A stretch of 62,000 nucleotides of DNA from assembly GCF_004010195.1 (NCBI RefSeq), contig NC_057711.1, positions 76,525,817 through 76,587,816 on the forward strand, given 5' to 3'. A model generated the notes under the pieces. That model made no database searches and was not told the DNA's origin. It was given only the letters and a program-made list of their open reading frames with translations. The DNA is from Chiloscyllium plagiosum. Lineage: Eukaryota. This document shows positions 38,137 to 51,535 of the stretch, one piece after another. Each line of letters begins with the position of its first letter. The first letter of the stretch is position 1. The position numbers and the translations under genes are program-made.

Positions 38137-41100
38137 AACAACACTAATTGTATTTTTTTCAGTACTTATTAATGAAATTCTCTACTTATTCCATGCACTT
38201 AATATCCCATCAATTGAAGATACTGAAAGACTATGTTTTTCTGGGATCAGTGTCTGACAATTTTCTGTTTCAAACAATGCACTGACAAACATGTAATCGA
38301 AGCTTGTGAGCCCTATCCTGAACAAATACATTTCTCAAAATGTTTATCTAATCACATTTCTAATAATAAATATTGTGTACATTGACACATTAATGTTAAT
38401 TAATGATGGACTAAGTTAAAAAAATTAAATTGCTGTAAAGATTAGAATTCATACATAAAGAGTAATAACCATTATATGAATTGTTCAAATTGCACTCCTC
38501 AAATTAAGAAAGCTAAATGTTTTTATCTTTAAATTATGGTTGAGTTCCTCTTTGAGGTTGAAAATTGCTGTTATATTGCTGGAACTGTGAAAATATTATT
38601 CCAATGTCACTACCATGATTTGTGGCTCAAGAGTTATTAGCTGCCTATATTGTTGCCGAGGTTCCTAGAAGGCAAGGATAATCTGCAAAAGCTTTTAATA
38701 ACATACTAGCAATGCAGCTTTTCACTTTCAATAGAAGCAATACAGGTAAGAGTAAAATAAAATAGGTCATTCTGCAATAGAATTTCAGTATATTTTATAT
38801 GGACAAATTGAATTGGGAAGTTATCCACAAGTCTGAAATATCTGTAATTGTGAAGTATCAAAGACAATTTGCATGTACGCAATGTCGTCATACATACAAA
38901 GGAAATATTATTTTATAAAGCAAAGTACTCAATAGTACACCACAGCAGAACTAAACATGCTATATTTTATTATGGAAAGTTATGAGAGTTGAAAAATACA
39001 AATCTCTTGAAACTGCAATGCTTGCCACATTGAAGTGTGAGTAACTGATTACTGCTTAGCTCTGAGCTAACCACAGTTTGCTTAGAAAAATACAATAGCA
39101 AGCATTCGTGTGTTAAAATGCTCCACTTGTTACAGAGCAAGTTCCAAACATTGTTTAACTGACTGAAATCAAACAATAACAAAAACTGTCAGGCTATTTG
39201 ATTGCTTGGGAGTAAAATTGTGTTTTTTTAATTGAATAAGTTTCTCAAAGTGTCTATTTATATGTCCCAGCATATTTAGTTAGCACATGAGGAATATGTC
39301 TTCTTTTTGTTTGGAGTTCCTGTTCATTTAGATTATGGGTAAATGTAGATATGTTTGTATTTTTCTTTGCCTAAAGATAAAATATTTTTGAGTTGACAAG
39401 CTCAATTTGAAAGTAGAATATTTAATTTCAGTTAAGAATTTACAAAAATGAAGTGCAGCTACATTGAACCATGAATGAGTGAATAATTATATTTGATGGG
39501 ATCTACTTTTTTTTGTGTGTTAAAGAAATTTTATGATGTTTAGTTTCTTGCTTTGTATCACATGAAGAGTGCAAAAATGGGGTCACATCATTAGCATTCT
39601 GTCCATATTCGTGGATCATTTAGAATGTTGCTAATTGTGTCCCTGAAACTTAACTGGCAGATTTCTTGATTTTCAATGATCTGGAAAGCAAGAATTCATG
39701 ATTCTCAATGCAGACTAATGGCTAATCATGAACCAACATTATTGGTATTAAAGGATACAGGGTTCACCAATTTTCTTCTGCTGCAGAGAAATATGTGGTG
39801 TTTAACAACCTTACACAAGTAGAAAATGAAAAAAAAATAGTCACTAATGGTCAAAGATAGTATCTGTTTTGCCTGAGATTAATGTTTGTTAAAATGAACA
39901 TTCTTCTGTCTTCAAGAGGGTTGCAGCGCCAATATCTTAGTAGGCATTTTGGGAATATTAGAAATGAAAAGCAGTTGTTATCTAAACCTTTTATTGGAAT
40001 TAAAGAAAAAATCTGATAAATTGCATAATAGTCAAAATCTACAATATTGAGACCATGCTGTACTCATTGATGAACATTCCACAGACTTAACTAGATGTTA
40101 ATGCCTCTCCAAAAAGACCTTGCTTTCTTAGGTGTTCCCAATAAAATGCCTAAGAAGTGTTTCAAATTTGAAATGTGTAACATTAGTATAGAAGTATGAC
40201 CAGTTGAAAAACATTCCTATCTAATTTGGCATAGCAAAAGTTCTATCAAGGGAATCAAATGCTGAAAATTGATTTTCATAATCCTAAAAAGATTATATTT
40301 TTAAAATACTAAAGAAGGAAACAAACTGCAGAAAAGGCATTTTCATTCCAATACTAGCACCCTATTTCGTTAACAGTAGGTTATATTCAAGGATGCTCCA
40401 TATGAAAAAAAGTATCTGAAACTTATAAAATGGATCTACTATATGCAAATTAAAAGCAGAAGAGGGAATTATCAAGTTACTTTCTCATTTAAAATTATAC
40501 GTAACTAAATTATGCACATATCTTGAATCTGACTCTTTATAAATTGTTGATAAATTAAAGCTATGCTGATTCATAAGTTAGTGGTTTAGCACAGCACTTG
40601 AAACACATTTCATTAAATCATAAGGATGTTCAAAGGAAATTCATTTAAATTTAAATGAATTTTAAGCTTTCTGTTTAATAGCTAATCCAGTGTTTTATAA
40701 TGAATAGATAGAGAAATGTCATCTACTGAGTTATAGTCTATGCCTTGATCATTTGGAAAGATGCCAATACTTTACTATGGAAATCTTTGAATACCAATGT
40801 AAGTTCAATATGACCTAATACATTTATACTTAATAATTTAGATTGATTATTTGATTGCTATACTCTAATTTAATAACTTGGGTATTGTGCATAAACAATT
40901 AACTTGTTTGAGCCCTAAATATAAATTAACTGTATGTCTGACACAAAGATCAGCATACATATTTCCTGATAAGACTGATAATGAACAGTAGTGCACATTT
41001 TTTTCAAAATTATACCTCGTAAGTTTGGCATTGATGTAATTTTCATTTGATACTTAAGTGGTTTGTATTTGATTAAATCAGCAGATTACAAATTTCTAAG

Positions 41101-41470
41101 ATTCATTGACAAGTATAAGATTGAAATGATTCTTGACATTTAAATGACTTCTGACTTTATTGCTGTGGTTTATGGATGTAATGATGACAGTAATTTTAAT
41201 GATCTTTGTGAAAGCTAAATAAAAGGATATTTGTACAAAGAGTCTGTAAATCCTGATCATTTAAATTTGTATTCTATCCCAAATATAATTCTATCTTAAT
41301 CAGAAGTAAATATTTCCAGAATGAAGGAGTAATAAGAAGAGCTATTCAATTCATTTCAAGTTCTGCCTTTTATTAAAAACTGTTTTTCACTAGCTGCCCC
41401 AATTCTAAACAGCATTAGTTTCATTGTTACTATCTCTTGTAATTACATTAATACCATTATGTAAATAAAT
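38137..41470 (+). promoter_or_regulatory. PCSK5: Putative PCSK5 3' UTR with candidate polyadenylation signals
   Basis: AT-rich stretch without recognised repeats after the stop; AATAAA at 38365, 40140, 41218 and 41464, among others; repeats resume ~41560. True end unknown. Confidence 0.55.
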
Positions 41471-42731
41471 ACTGGTCTATGCACATAACCATTTAACCAC
41501 ACATAAGGGTAGTGAAGGAATGCAATATGAGAAAAATATTGCACTTTTGTTTCTGTTCATAGAATGTGGCTGTCATTGGCTAGACTAGCATTCAGTGCCC
41601 ATCTCACGTTTCTCTAGAAAACTGTGGAGGTGAGCTGCACTCTTTGAGGTGTAGGGACATCCACTGAACTCCAGGATTTTTGTCCAGGCAACAATATAGT
41701 TCCAAGTTATGTGTGACTTGAGGGAAACTTACAAGTACTGGTTTTACCATGTATTTGTTGCCACAGTCCTTCTAGGTGGTGTGGGTCAGCGGTTTAGAAG
41801 ATAGTATTCGGGAAGCTTTGGAGAGTTACTACAGTACACCTTGTAGATGGTACACTTTGCTGCACGAATGTGTTAGTGATGATGAGAGAGGATGCTGAAG
41901 GTGGAAGATGGGATGCCAATCAAGTGGACTGCTCTGCCCTTGATGGGCTTCTTTAATACTGTTGCAGAAGCAATCATTCAGACAAATAGAGAATATTCTA
42001 TCACACTTTTGAGTTGTGCCTTGTAAAGGATTAACAGGGATCGGAGAGACAAGTGGTGAATTATCAATTGCAGAATCTGCTTATGATCTGCTGCTGTAGC
42101 CACAGTATTTATATGGCTGATCTAGTTCAGTTTCAGATTGATGTTAACCCTAAGAGTTCCTATTAGGCGATTCAGCAATAGTCAAGCTATGGAGCAACAG
42201 GGAATAACAGTTAGATTCTCTCTTGTCAATGTTAGTCATTGCTGAAGACTTGTGTGGCATAAATGTTACGTGCCCAAGTCTGGTTGTTGTCTTGGTTTTG
42301 CTTCAAGTAGTGATGCACTTCTTCAGTACCTCATGATCCATGAATGATGCTGAACAGCATCTATCTAGTAGAATCACCAGTGAACATCTCCACTTCTGAC
42401 CATATGATAGTGTGAAGCAGCAGAAGATGAATAGATTTAGGAAACTACCTGAGGAACTCCTGCAGAGAGATGCTGGAGCTAAGATGACTCCGCAACTTCA
42501 GCCATTATCCATTGTACCAGATATGACCCCAACCAGTGGAAAGTTATCCTTCTGATTTCCTTTGACTCTAGCTTTGACAGCGCTCTTTGTTGTTACATTT
42601 GTTCAAATATGGCCTTTCACTTCTTCATCTCAGTCCTATGTGACTTAACTTAGAGTACCCTTAGAGGTTGAATGAGTGGCTAACTAGGCCATTTCAAAGG
42701 GTAGGTGAGAGTCAACCACATTGTTGCATGT

Positions 42732-43106
42732 ATTAGATTAGATTAGATTACTTACAGTGTGGAAGCAGGCCCTTCAGCCCAACAAGTCCACACCGACCCT
42801 CCGAAGAGCAACCCACCCAGACCCATTCCTCTACATTTACCCCTTCACCTAACACCATGTGCAATTTAGCATGGCCAATTCACCTAACCTGCACATTTTT
42901 GGACTGTGAGAGGAAACCGGAGCACCCGGGGTGATAGGGTGTGGGGGGTGAGGGGGGTGTGGGGTGGGGATGGCCGGGGTGAGGAAATCCACGCAGACAC
43001 AGGGAGAGTCTGCAAACTCCACACAGACAGTTGCCTGAGGCAGGAATTGAACCCAGGTCTCTGGTGCTGTGAGGCAGCAGTGCTAACCAATGTGCCACCA
43101 TGCCGC
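42732..43106 (-). mobile_element. HE1-like V-SINE
   Basis: Reverse complement of the 33240 family; (ttaga)n tail; G-rich insertion at ~42930-42980. Confidence 0.9.
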
Positions 43107-43277
43107 TCGTTGAGTTACATGTAGACAAACCAAAAAAATGGCTGGTCTCCTTTTCCGACAGTTATTAGTGAAGCAGATGGATTTTTCTGTCAATCTACAA
43201 TGGTTACATGGTCAGCATTAAACTAACTTTTAATTCAGATTTTATTGAATCTACTATGGTGACATTGAGAATATCAG

Positions 43278-43790
43278 GAGAAAGTGAGGACTGCAGATGC
43301 TGGAGATCAGAGCTGAAAATGTGTTGCTGGAAAAGCGCAGCAGGTCAGGCAGCATCCAAGGAGCAGGAGAATTGACATTTCGGTCATGAGCCCTTCTTCA
43401 GGAATGAGGAAAGTGTGCCAAGCAGGCTAAGATAAAAGGTAGGGAGGAGGGACTTGGGGGAGGGGCGTTGGAAATGCGTTGGAAATCTCAGATTTCTCCA
43501 GTTTCCTCATTTCCCCTCCCCCCACCTTGTCTCAGTCCCAACCCTCGAACTCAGCACCACCTTCCTAACCTGCAATCTTCTTCCTGACCTCTCTGCCCCC
43601 ACCCTCACTCCGGCCTATCACCCTCACCTTAACCTCCTTCCACCTATCGCATTTCCAACGCCCCTCCCCCAAGTCCCTCCTCCCTACCTTTTATCTTAGC
43701 CTGCTTGGCACACATTACTCATTCCTGAAGAAGGGCTCATGACCGAAACGTCCATTCTCCTGCTCCTTGGATACTGCCTGACCTGCTGCA
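43278..43790. mobile_element. Fold-back PLE pLTR element (family C) with two hammerhead motifs
   Basis: ~140-bp inverted arms; motifs at 43368-43403 (-) and 43723-43753 (+); duplication attgagaat(a/c)tcag at 43264-43277 and 43791-43804. Confidence 0.85.
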
Positions 43791-44449
43791 ATTGAGAATC
43801 TCAGCCCAGGATTCTGGTACAAGGGAGAATTTTCAAGTCACTATCTGGGAAGTAAGCAGTTGACTTCGAACACCAGATGTACAATGAAGGAGAAAGGGTG
43901 AAAATACTCACTTTAAAAGCACAGTTCTGAGTTGGGACGGTTAGAAAAGGGAAACTCCATGAGGCCAAATTTTACATCTTTCTGGGTAAGTCTGAATTGT
44001 GCAAGTTTTTCAAGCGTTTCTGTTGTGAGATCTAACAATATTTCTCACTATCTTACCAAACACATCTTACTAACTACCTACCACACCATTCTGGCACCTG
44101 TAACATCTGATTCCAGCTCCATCTTCTCAGCACCGTTCCCAGAACAGCTCACCACTCAGCAGGCAGGGGCTGAAATATCAGCTCCCCTTGTCGCCATACT
44201 TTCTTTAAAAGGTCACTGTGTGCCCAGATGTGAGATGGTAGCCAGCATTGCCTTCACTGTCAATGTCATGGCACAGCAGCCATAAGCCACATTGCTAAGG
44301 CATATAGTTGACATGGTTGAAACTTCCTTGTACATGCTATAGCAGCTTGTCATTGTCAGTTAGGAGATCATCACAGACAAGCAAGCATTAAGTCAAATCC
44401 AAACATGAGTTTTTATTACAGAAAGCAAACAAGACCAAAAGAAGCTGAA

Positions 44450-45100
44450 GTTTGCTATGACAATATAAACCAGATTTCAGTGTCATGACCAACAAATATT
44501 TTACATTCCACAATTATGTGATGCATCCAGCTTTTATTTATTGTAAGAGGGTGGCATTGAGGTTCAGTTTGACACAGCTGAGCTCTGTCCTCCTCCTGAG
44601 ATGACTGCTCCACTTTCCCTAGTTCCTCTCCATCCAGCACATTGTCTGCTTCAATTGTGCAGCACACAACATGACAGGATGATGTGGCACACTCTGTCTG
44701 GACTATGTTGGAATCATGTGCACAAATGGCATCAGTCACTACCTGATACATTGGTGGGTGCATTACTGAGAAACCTTCACCTTAGGGAGGCAGACACAGC
44801 GATTAACACAGTGGGAAAGCCCAAGAATCTTGAAAGAAATTACCAAAAATGGGAACATGAGTAAAAGAGGTTATTAGATCCCACAACACACATTGATGGT
44901 TTACTCTGCAGATGAGGGAGGAGCTCACCACCACATGGTGAGATACACTAGACACTGATAACAGGGACATGTCTCCAAGAGACACCTACCTTCAGCCTCA
45001 GCCTGTGCAGGAACTTAGTGAAGGTGCTGAGTAACCACCATGTCACCACAAGACGAGCACACCGACACCCTTTTCTAATGTCCAGCTCGTCACTGAATTT
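44450..45100 (-). pseudogene. Harbinger/PIF transposase relic
   Basis: Minus strand ..VTDAICA (~44720) and RVCHIILSCCVLHN (~44653-44695), typical HARBI1-like motifs, with large deletions. Confidence 0.55.
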
Positions 45101-45409
45101 AGTACAGACCATCAGAACACATGGCAGATGATGAATCAAAGTTGTGTGTTTCACACAGGACCTTTCGAAGTTGCCCTTCAGCCAGCAGCAGCCTTTAGTA
45201 CCTTCATTGCTGCTTACTGCAATGTCATTGTTGCTGTCCGAGTTCAGTTTGCAACTAATAACGGCATGTCGAAAATCATCTTTGACCAGCACCTGACCCC
45301 TAAACACCTTCATACTGCCTGTATTGAAAATGGGTGTGGAAGAGATTGTTAATTAAATGTCGCAGGTGCTTTGCAAATGACAGCTTCCGCAGCTACACTG
45401 TCACCATAC

Positions 45410-45705
45410 CCCACCTTTTACCCCACTACATTGATGAATGTATTGGCGGTGCCTCGTGCTCCCACAACGAGCTTGAATAGTTCATCTAACACACCGACTT
45501 CATCCCAGACTTCAAATTCACCTGGACCATCTCCGACTTCAAATTCACCGACACCTCCCTTCCCTTCCTGGACCTCTCCATCTCCGGCAGCCGACTCAGT
45601 ACTGACATCTATTTCAGACCCACCGACTCCCACAGCTACCTCGACGATATCTCCTCCTATCCATCTTCCTGCAAAAATGTAATCCCATACTTCTAATTAC
45701 TCAGT
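45410..45705 (+). mobile_element. Penelope-like element RT fragment
   Basis: YIDECIG..FKFTWTIS..LPFLDLSIS..TDIYFRPTDSHSYLD across frames. Confidence 0.8.
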
Positions 45706-47904
45706 GAGTGAAAGCGGTTTGTTTGAAACAGACCGCAATGGAGAGATCAGCGCCCAGGGAAGCGAGGGAACATCAGGCTCCTTCCAGCAGCACATCGGGA
45801 TGTGAGCCTGGGATACAGAGGGGGCTCCGAGACTGGGATTGATTCGGGGCAAATACTCAATGAACCAAGACAATGTGATATATACTCAGTACAAAGCCAA
45901 GTGTGACCAACTGCTTTTAACAAACATCAGGTATGTTAAAACTGTCAGAGCAGAGAACATCCTTTCCACAGTCACAGAGCGGATTGAGCCAGACACACAT
46001 TGAGTGCAATTTCCAGAGGTATCCATTCAACCCATGAGTCAAACACAGCTGTTGAAATACATTTTTCTCTCCTCTCAATGCACACTATACCCAGTTCCAA
46101 TAATTGTTACCATTTGTAGCTCATCGTCATTCACCAAATCTGAAGGTGTATTGACTGTCTGCTAATCCAAAATCTGCACTCAGGAACTACATTAAATCCA
46201 AATTTAGTGAAGATTTATTAATTTAGTTTAGATCATTCTGTTACACAGTTACAATAGCTATATATGAAGTAGAGATTGAGTGCAGACATAAAAGGAAACT
46301 TTGACATTATCAGTAACTGATGAGGACAAATTAATCTTTTGATCAATAGTTGTCCCATACAAAGACACCACAATTGAATAATGTAGATTCCAAATGTTCT
46401 TTCCTGACATGGACAAAAAGCTTACTGCAAGTACACACAGACTACTAACATCTCACCACTCCTGCACGCAAACATAAAATCCTGACTGATTTACAATGAA
46501 TTACAAATACATCCTAACACACACATGATGTTATCGAACAGCGATGAAGATTCATATACATTGCAAGTGTCAGAAAATGTCACATTCAAACTGATTTCTA
46601 CTCTCAGATCTCAAGGCAAAGAGGTCTCCAGCACAGAAGAAAACCCTTCAAATGATTAAATCTGCACTGATCAAAAACAATCCATAACATCAAAACAATT
46701 GACCAAGTTAACAACCCTTCCAACCAGCATTCCATTTCCATAAATATATCATGGCAGCAGAGTATCTGCCAACCCCATCTTTATCACAATGTCATTCTTA
46801 ATTGCTTCACCTTGCAGGTGTTATTTTTCTTTTCTTTTACAGTCCGGCAAAATCTTTTTCTTTATAATTCTGTTCATCTTTCAAAGTTCATTTCATTTTT
46901 CTATAAAGAGCCCGACATTTCTGTTGACCCTCCATAGGATGGATGACTCAAAAAGCAAGGAATCTGGATACAGATTTCTCAATGAATCAATGGAATCAGA
47001 TAATCAGAGCAGTAACAAACCAAATAGCCATAATCGGTAGGTGCATCAAGCTTCTCAATTTATTCTGTGAAGGGCTGGACAGTGTTGATTGATTAATAAA
47101 TTGAATTTGACCATTTAAATATTCTGCATTGCATGACAGAAAATAAAGCCCTTTTGCTTTCCTCCTCCCTTCTATAGAGCAACACAACAGTACTGCTAAT
47201 GGTTTGCATTATCACATTACAGAGGCAGGTCACCATCCTGTCTGCATCAGCGATTAAAAGGGAATTGATGAATTCTCTTTCCTGTATAAGGAATATTGTG
47301 GTCAGTCAGATGCAATGCAGTGAAATTGTTCACTTCATTGCAAATGGATTCAGTTAATACTGATCATCAATTCAGCAGTATTCAGAAAAGTATGTCACTG
47401 TGCCATAACTAATAGCATCCTGAAGACCAGCCCTTCTTGTCACTATTCCCAGTTAGACTTTGCACAATAGGAGTCACAAGGGCCCATTATTTTTTTCTCC
47501 TTGATTATGAAGATCAACACAGGCTCTTGTCCATTGCGATGTGTTGCATGTTCAAATATCCATGAATCCTATAGGCACTACAACTAAAGAACATAGGCTG
47601 TTTCCCGTTCATTAAAGAATACGTGCACTGAGAACTCTCTTCTCTCCTACTTTGGTAACTGGCTCCCCACTCTACAAGAATCATTTAAACCTCTCAGTAA
47701 CACAATGCAGGAAGATTGAAATTGCATCAAACTTGAATGTATGTCCTTCTTATATCACATTAACTGTTCCTTTCAAAACAATCTTTTCCTTATAACCAGT
47801 GTATTTACACAGGAGACAGCAGCCCTAGTCCTCAACACTGAATTTTAGGTTCAAAGGTCTTCACTAAACAATGTAACTTTTTTTTTCTGTAGAAAGTCTG
47901 TCAC

Positions 47905-50135
47905 ATATAGAGTCATAGAGATGTACAGCATGCAAAAAGATCCTTTCCTCCATACTGACCTGATATCCTAACCTAATCTAGTCTCATTATCAACACTTGG
48001 CCCACATCTCTTAACCCTTCCTGTTCATATACACATCCAGATGCCTTTTAAATGCGGCAATTGTACCAGCTTCCACCATTTCCTCTGGCAGCTCATTCCA
48101 TGTATGCACCACACTCTGCTTGAAAAAGTTGCCTCTTAGGTCCCTTTAATATCTTTCCCCTCTATGCCCTCTACTTATGCCCTCTACTTCTGCCCTCTAC
48201 GTCTACCCTCTAAACTTATGCCCTCTACTTCTGGACTCCCCCACGCCAGGAAAAAGATTTTGTCTATTTATCCTATCCATGCCTCTCATGAACTTATAAA
48301 CCTTTATAAGGTCACCCCTCAGCCTCCGACGCTACAGGGAAACAGCCCCAGCCTATTCAGCCTCTCCCTATTGTTCAAATCCTCCAACCCTGGCAACATT
48401 CTTGTAAATCTTTTCTGAACACCTTCAAGCTTCACAACATTCTTCTGATAGAAAGGAGACCAGAATTGCATGCAGTATTCCTAAAGAGACCTAACCAATG
48501 TCCTGTACAGCTGCAACATGACCTCCCAACTCATACTCAATGCTCTGATCAATAAAGGGAAGCATACCAAAAGCCTTCTTCACTATCCTATCTACCTGCA
48601 ACTCTATTTTCAAGGAAATATGAACCTGCACTCCAAGGTCTCCATGTTCAGCAGCACTTCCTAGCACCCTACCATTAGGTATATAAGTCCTCTCTATTTG
48701 CTTTTCCAAAATGCAGCACTTCACATTTATCTAAATTAAACTCCATCTGTCACTCCTGAGCCCATTGGCCCATTTGGTGAAGATCCCATTGTACTCTGAG
48801 ATAACCTTCTTTGCTGTCCACTGCATCTCCAATTTTGGTGTCATCTGCAAACTTACTAACTATACCTCCTATGTGTTTTTTTTAAAACAAACCCACCGAC
48901 TCCCACAGCTACCTGGATTACACCTCCTCCGACTCTACCCCCTGCAAAAATGCCATCCCATATTCCCAATTCCTCAGTCTTCACCATATCTGCTCCCAGA
49001 ATGACCAGTTCCACCACAGAACACACGAGATAGCCTCTTTCTTTAAAGACCACAATTTCCCCTCCCATGTGGATGAAGATGCTCTCAATTGCATCTCATC
49101 CACGTTCTGCACCTCTGTCCTCAAATCCCAACCCTCCAAACGCATCAAGGACAGAACCTCCGCCCCTGTCCTCACCTTCCACCCCACCAACCTTCGCATA
49201 TACCGCATTATCCACCGACATTTCAAGGAGCTATGAACCTGCACTCCAATGACTCCTTGTTCAGCAACACTCCCTCCCACCTTACCAGTAAGTGTATAAG
49301 CCCTCTCTGATTTGCTTTTCCAAAATGCAGCACTTCACATTTATCTAAATTAAACTTCATCTACCACTCCTGAGCCAATTAGCCCATTGTACTCTAGTCA
49401 AAATCCCATTGTACCCTGAGGTAACCTTCTTCACTCTCTACTGCACCTCTAATTTTGGTGTCAACTGCAAACTTACTAACTATACCTCCTAAATTCACAC
49501 CCAAATCGTTTATATAAATGACGAAAAGTAGTGGACCCAGCACTGATCCTTGTGGCACACCAGGGGACAGAGGCCTCCAGTCTGAAAAGCAACCCATTAC
49601 CACCACCGTCTGTCTTCTACCTTTGAGTCAGTTCTGCATCCAAATAGCTAGTTCTCCCCATATTCCATGAGATCTAACCTTGCTAACCAGACTCCCATGG
49701 GCAACCTTGTTGAATACCCTTCTAAAGTCCACATGGATCACATCTACCACTCTGCCCTCATCAGTCCCCTGTTTTACTTCTTCAAAAACTCAATCAAGTT
49801 CGTGAGACATGATTTCCCACGTACAAAACCATGTTGACTATCCCTAATCAGTCCTTGCCTTTCCAAATACATGCACATCCTGTCCCTCAAGATTCCCTCC
49901 AACAACTTGCCCACCACCGATGTCAGGCTCACCGGTCTACAGTTCCCTGGCTTTTCCTTACCACCTTTCTTAATGGTTCCACATTAGCTAATCTCCAGTC
50001 TTCCTACACCTCACCTGTGACAATCGATGATGCAAATATCTCAGCAATGGGCCCAGCAATCACTTGCTTAGCTTCCCACAGAGTTCCAGGGTACACCTTA
50101 TCAGGTGTTTTATCCACTTTTCAAGACAAGCAGCA
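47905..50135 (-). mobile_element. 5'-truncated CR1 LINE (same subfamily as 31308-32762) with internal duplication
   Basis: catagagt-type tail; GVPQGSVLGPLLFVIYINDL; 48608-48870 repeated at 49221-49490. Confidence 0.88.
48875..49220 (+). mobile_element. Penelope-like element fragment inside CR1
   Basis: KPTDSHSYLDYTS..CKNAIPYSQFL; homologous to 59870-60190. Confidence 0.8.
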
Positions 50136-50171
50136 CCACCTCCTCTATAATATCTATTTCCCCACATTCTA

Positions 50172-50460
50172 GGATGATGACCGTCAGCTTGTACGAGGGG
50201 GCATAACTACAAATTGAGGGGTGATAGATTTAAGACAGATGTCAGAGGCAGGTTCTTTACTCAGAGAATTGTAAGGGTGTGGAATGCCCTACCTGCCAAT
50301 ATAGTTAACTCAGTCACATTAGGGAGATTTAAACAATCCTTGGATAAGCCCATGGATAATGGTGGGATATTGTAGGGGGACGAGCTGAGAATAATTCACG
50401 GGTTGGCGCAACTTCGAGGGCCGAAGGGCCTGTTCTGCGCTGTATTGTTCTATGTTCTAT
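50172..50460 (+). mobile_element. CR1 LINE 3' end
   Basis: ttctttactcagagaattgtaagggtgtggaatgccctacc..gggccgaagggcctgttct, ctatgtt-repeat tail. Confidence 0.8.
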
Positions 50461-51535
50461 TCCTCTGCCTTTGCTGTATCTGATCGAAGGATGAGTGTTT
50501 CCACTCTAGGACATCCCAGATGTCCTCCTACTTCAAGGACTGCAATTTCCTCCACCCCTGATCAACAATGCCCTCAACTGCATCTCCTCCATTTGGCACA
50601 CCTCTGCCTTCAAATTTCCTGCCCCCCAACCACAACATGGATAGAGTCACCCTGGTCCTCACCCTGGTCCTCACCCCAAGAATCTTCAAATTCAATGCAA
50701 AATCCTCTGCCATTTCTCCCAACTGTAGTCTGACACCATCACCAAAATGTTATTTCCCTCTTCACCCCTATCCGCTTTCTATTGGGATCATTCACTCCGT
50801 GACTCCCTCTTCAGTTCCACATTCCCCACCAACCTCTCCTCCATACCTAAAACCTTTCACTGCAGCCACAGGCAATGCAATACCTGCTCCTACACCTCTC
50901 CTCTTCTCTCCATCCAAGGCTCCACGAACCATTCCAAGTCTGCAGCACTTCACCTGCATTTCCTCTAACCTAATTTATTGTTCCCAATGTGGTCTTTTGT
51001 ACATTGGAGAGACCGAGCGCAAACTTGGGGACCGGTTCAGGGAATATCTATGGTCCATATGATCCACCTTCTGGTTGCCAGCCATTTCAACACCCCCCTC
51101 ACTCCCTCGACAACATGTCCATTGTGGACCTCTTCCATCGTCAGAATAAAGCCACATGCAAACTGAAGGAAGAACACCTCATCTTCTGCCTCGGGACCTT
51201 ACAACCATAAAGCCTTAACATAGAATTCACCATCTTTCAAATCTCACCCATCCCCCACCTCATCACTGGTACAGCCCTCCCGCTCCACCCTGCCTCCTTG
51301 ACCTGAATTAACATGTCCAACTTCCTTCCCACCAATCTGCTCCACCCTTCCCACCGACCAATCACTATCACCTCTTACCTGCATCCACCTAACACTAACC
51401 TACCTACCTTTCCCACAGCCCCCTTCCCCTTCCTTGTCTTTATGAAAGGTTTCAATCTGAAACATTGACTCTCTTGCTCCCCTGGTGCTGCTTGACCTGC
51501 TGTGCTTTTTCCAGCTCCACACTTTATCGACTCAT
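50461..51535 (+). mobile_element. Penelope-like element 3' part: GIY-YIG endonuclease and pLTR
   Basis: FTCISSNLIYCSQCGLLYIGETERKLGDRFREY, CKLKEEHLIFCLGTLQP; C-rich pLTR with decayed hammerhead (~51440-51470). Confidence 0.88.

Larger units (their letters stand above)
41555..43820 (-). mobile_element. Internally deleted tRNA-headed CR1/L2-group LINE with nested SINE and PLE insertions
   Basis: 41555-42620 collinear with 8050-9400; core/head pieces at 42670-42725, 43110-43263 and 43800-43820 match 11690-11940. Confidence 0.65.

Noticed and set aside
45900..47900. Repeat-poor stretch that could hold the 3' UTR of a convergent gene
   Set aside because: No exon, credible ORF or clear polyA context found to support it
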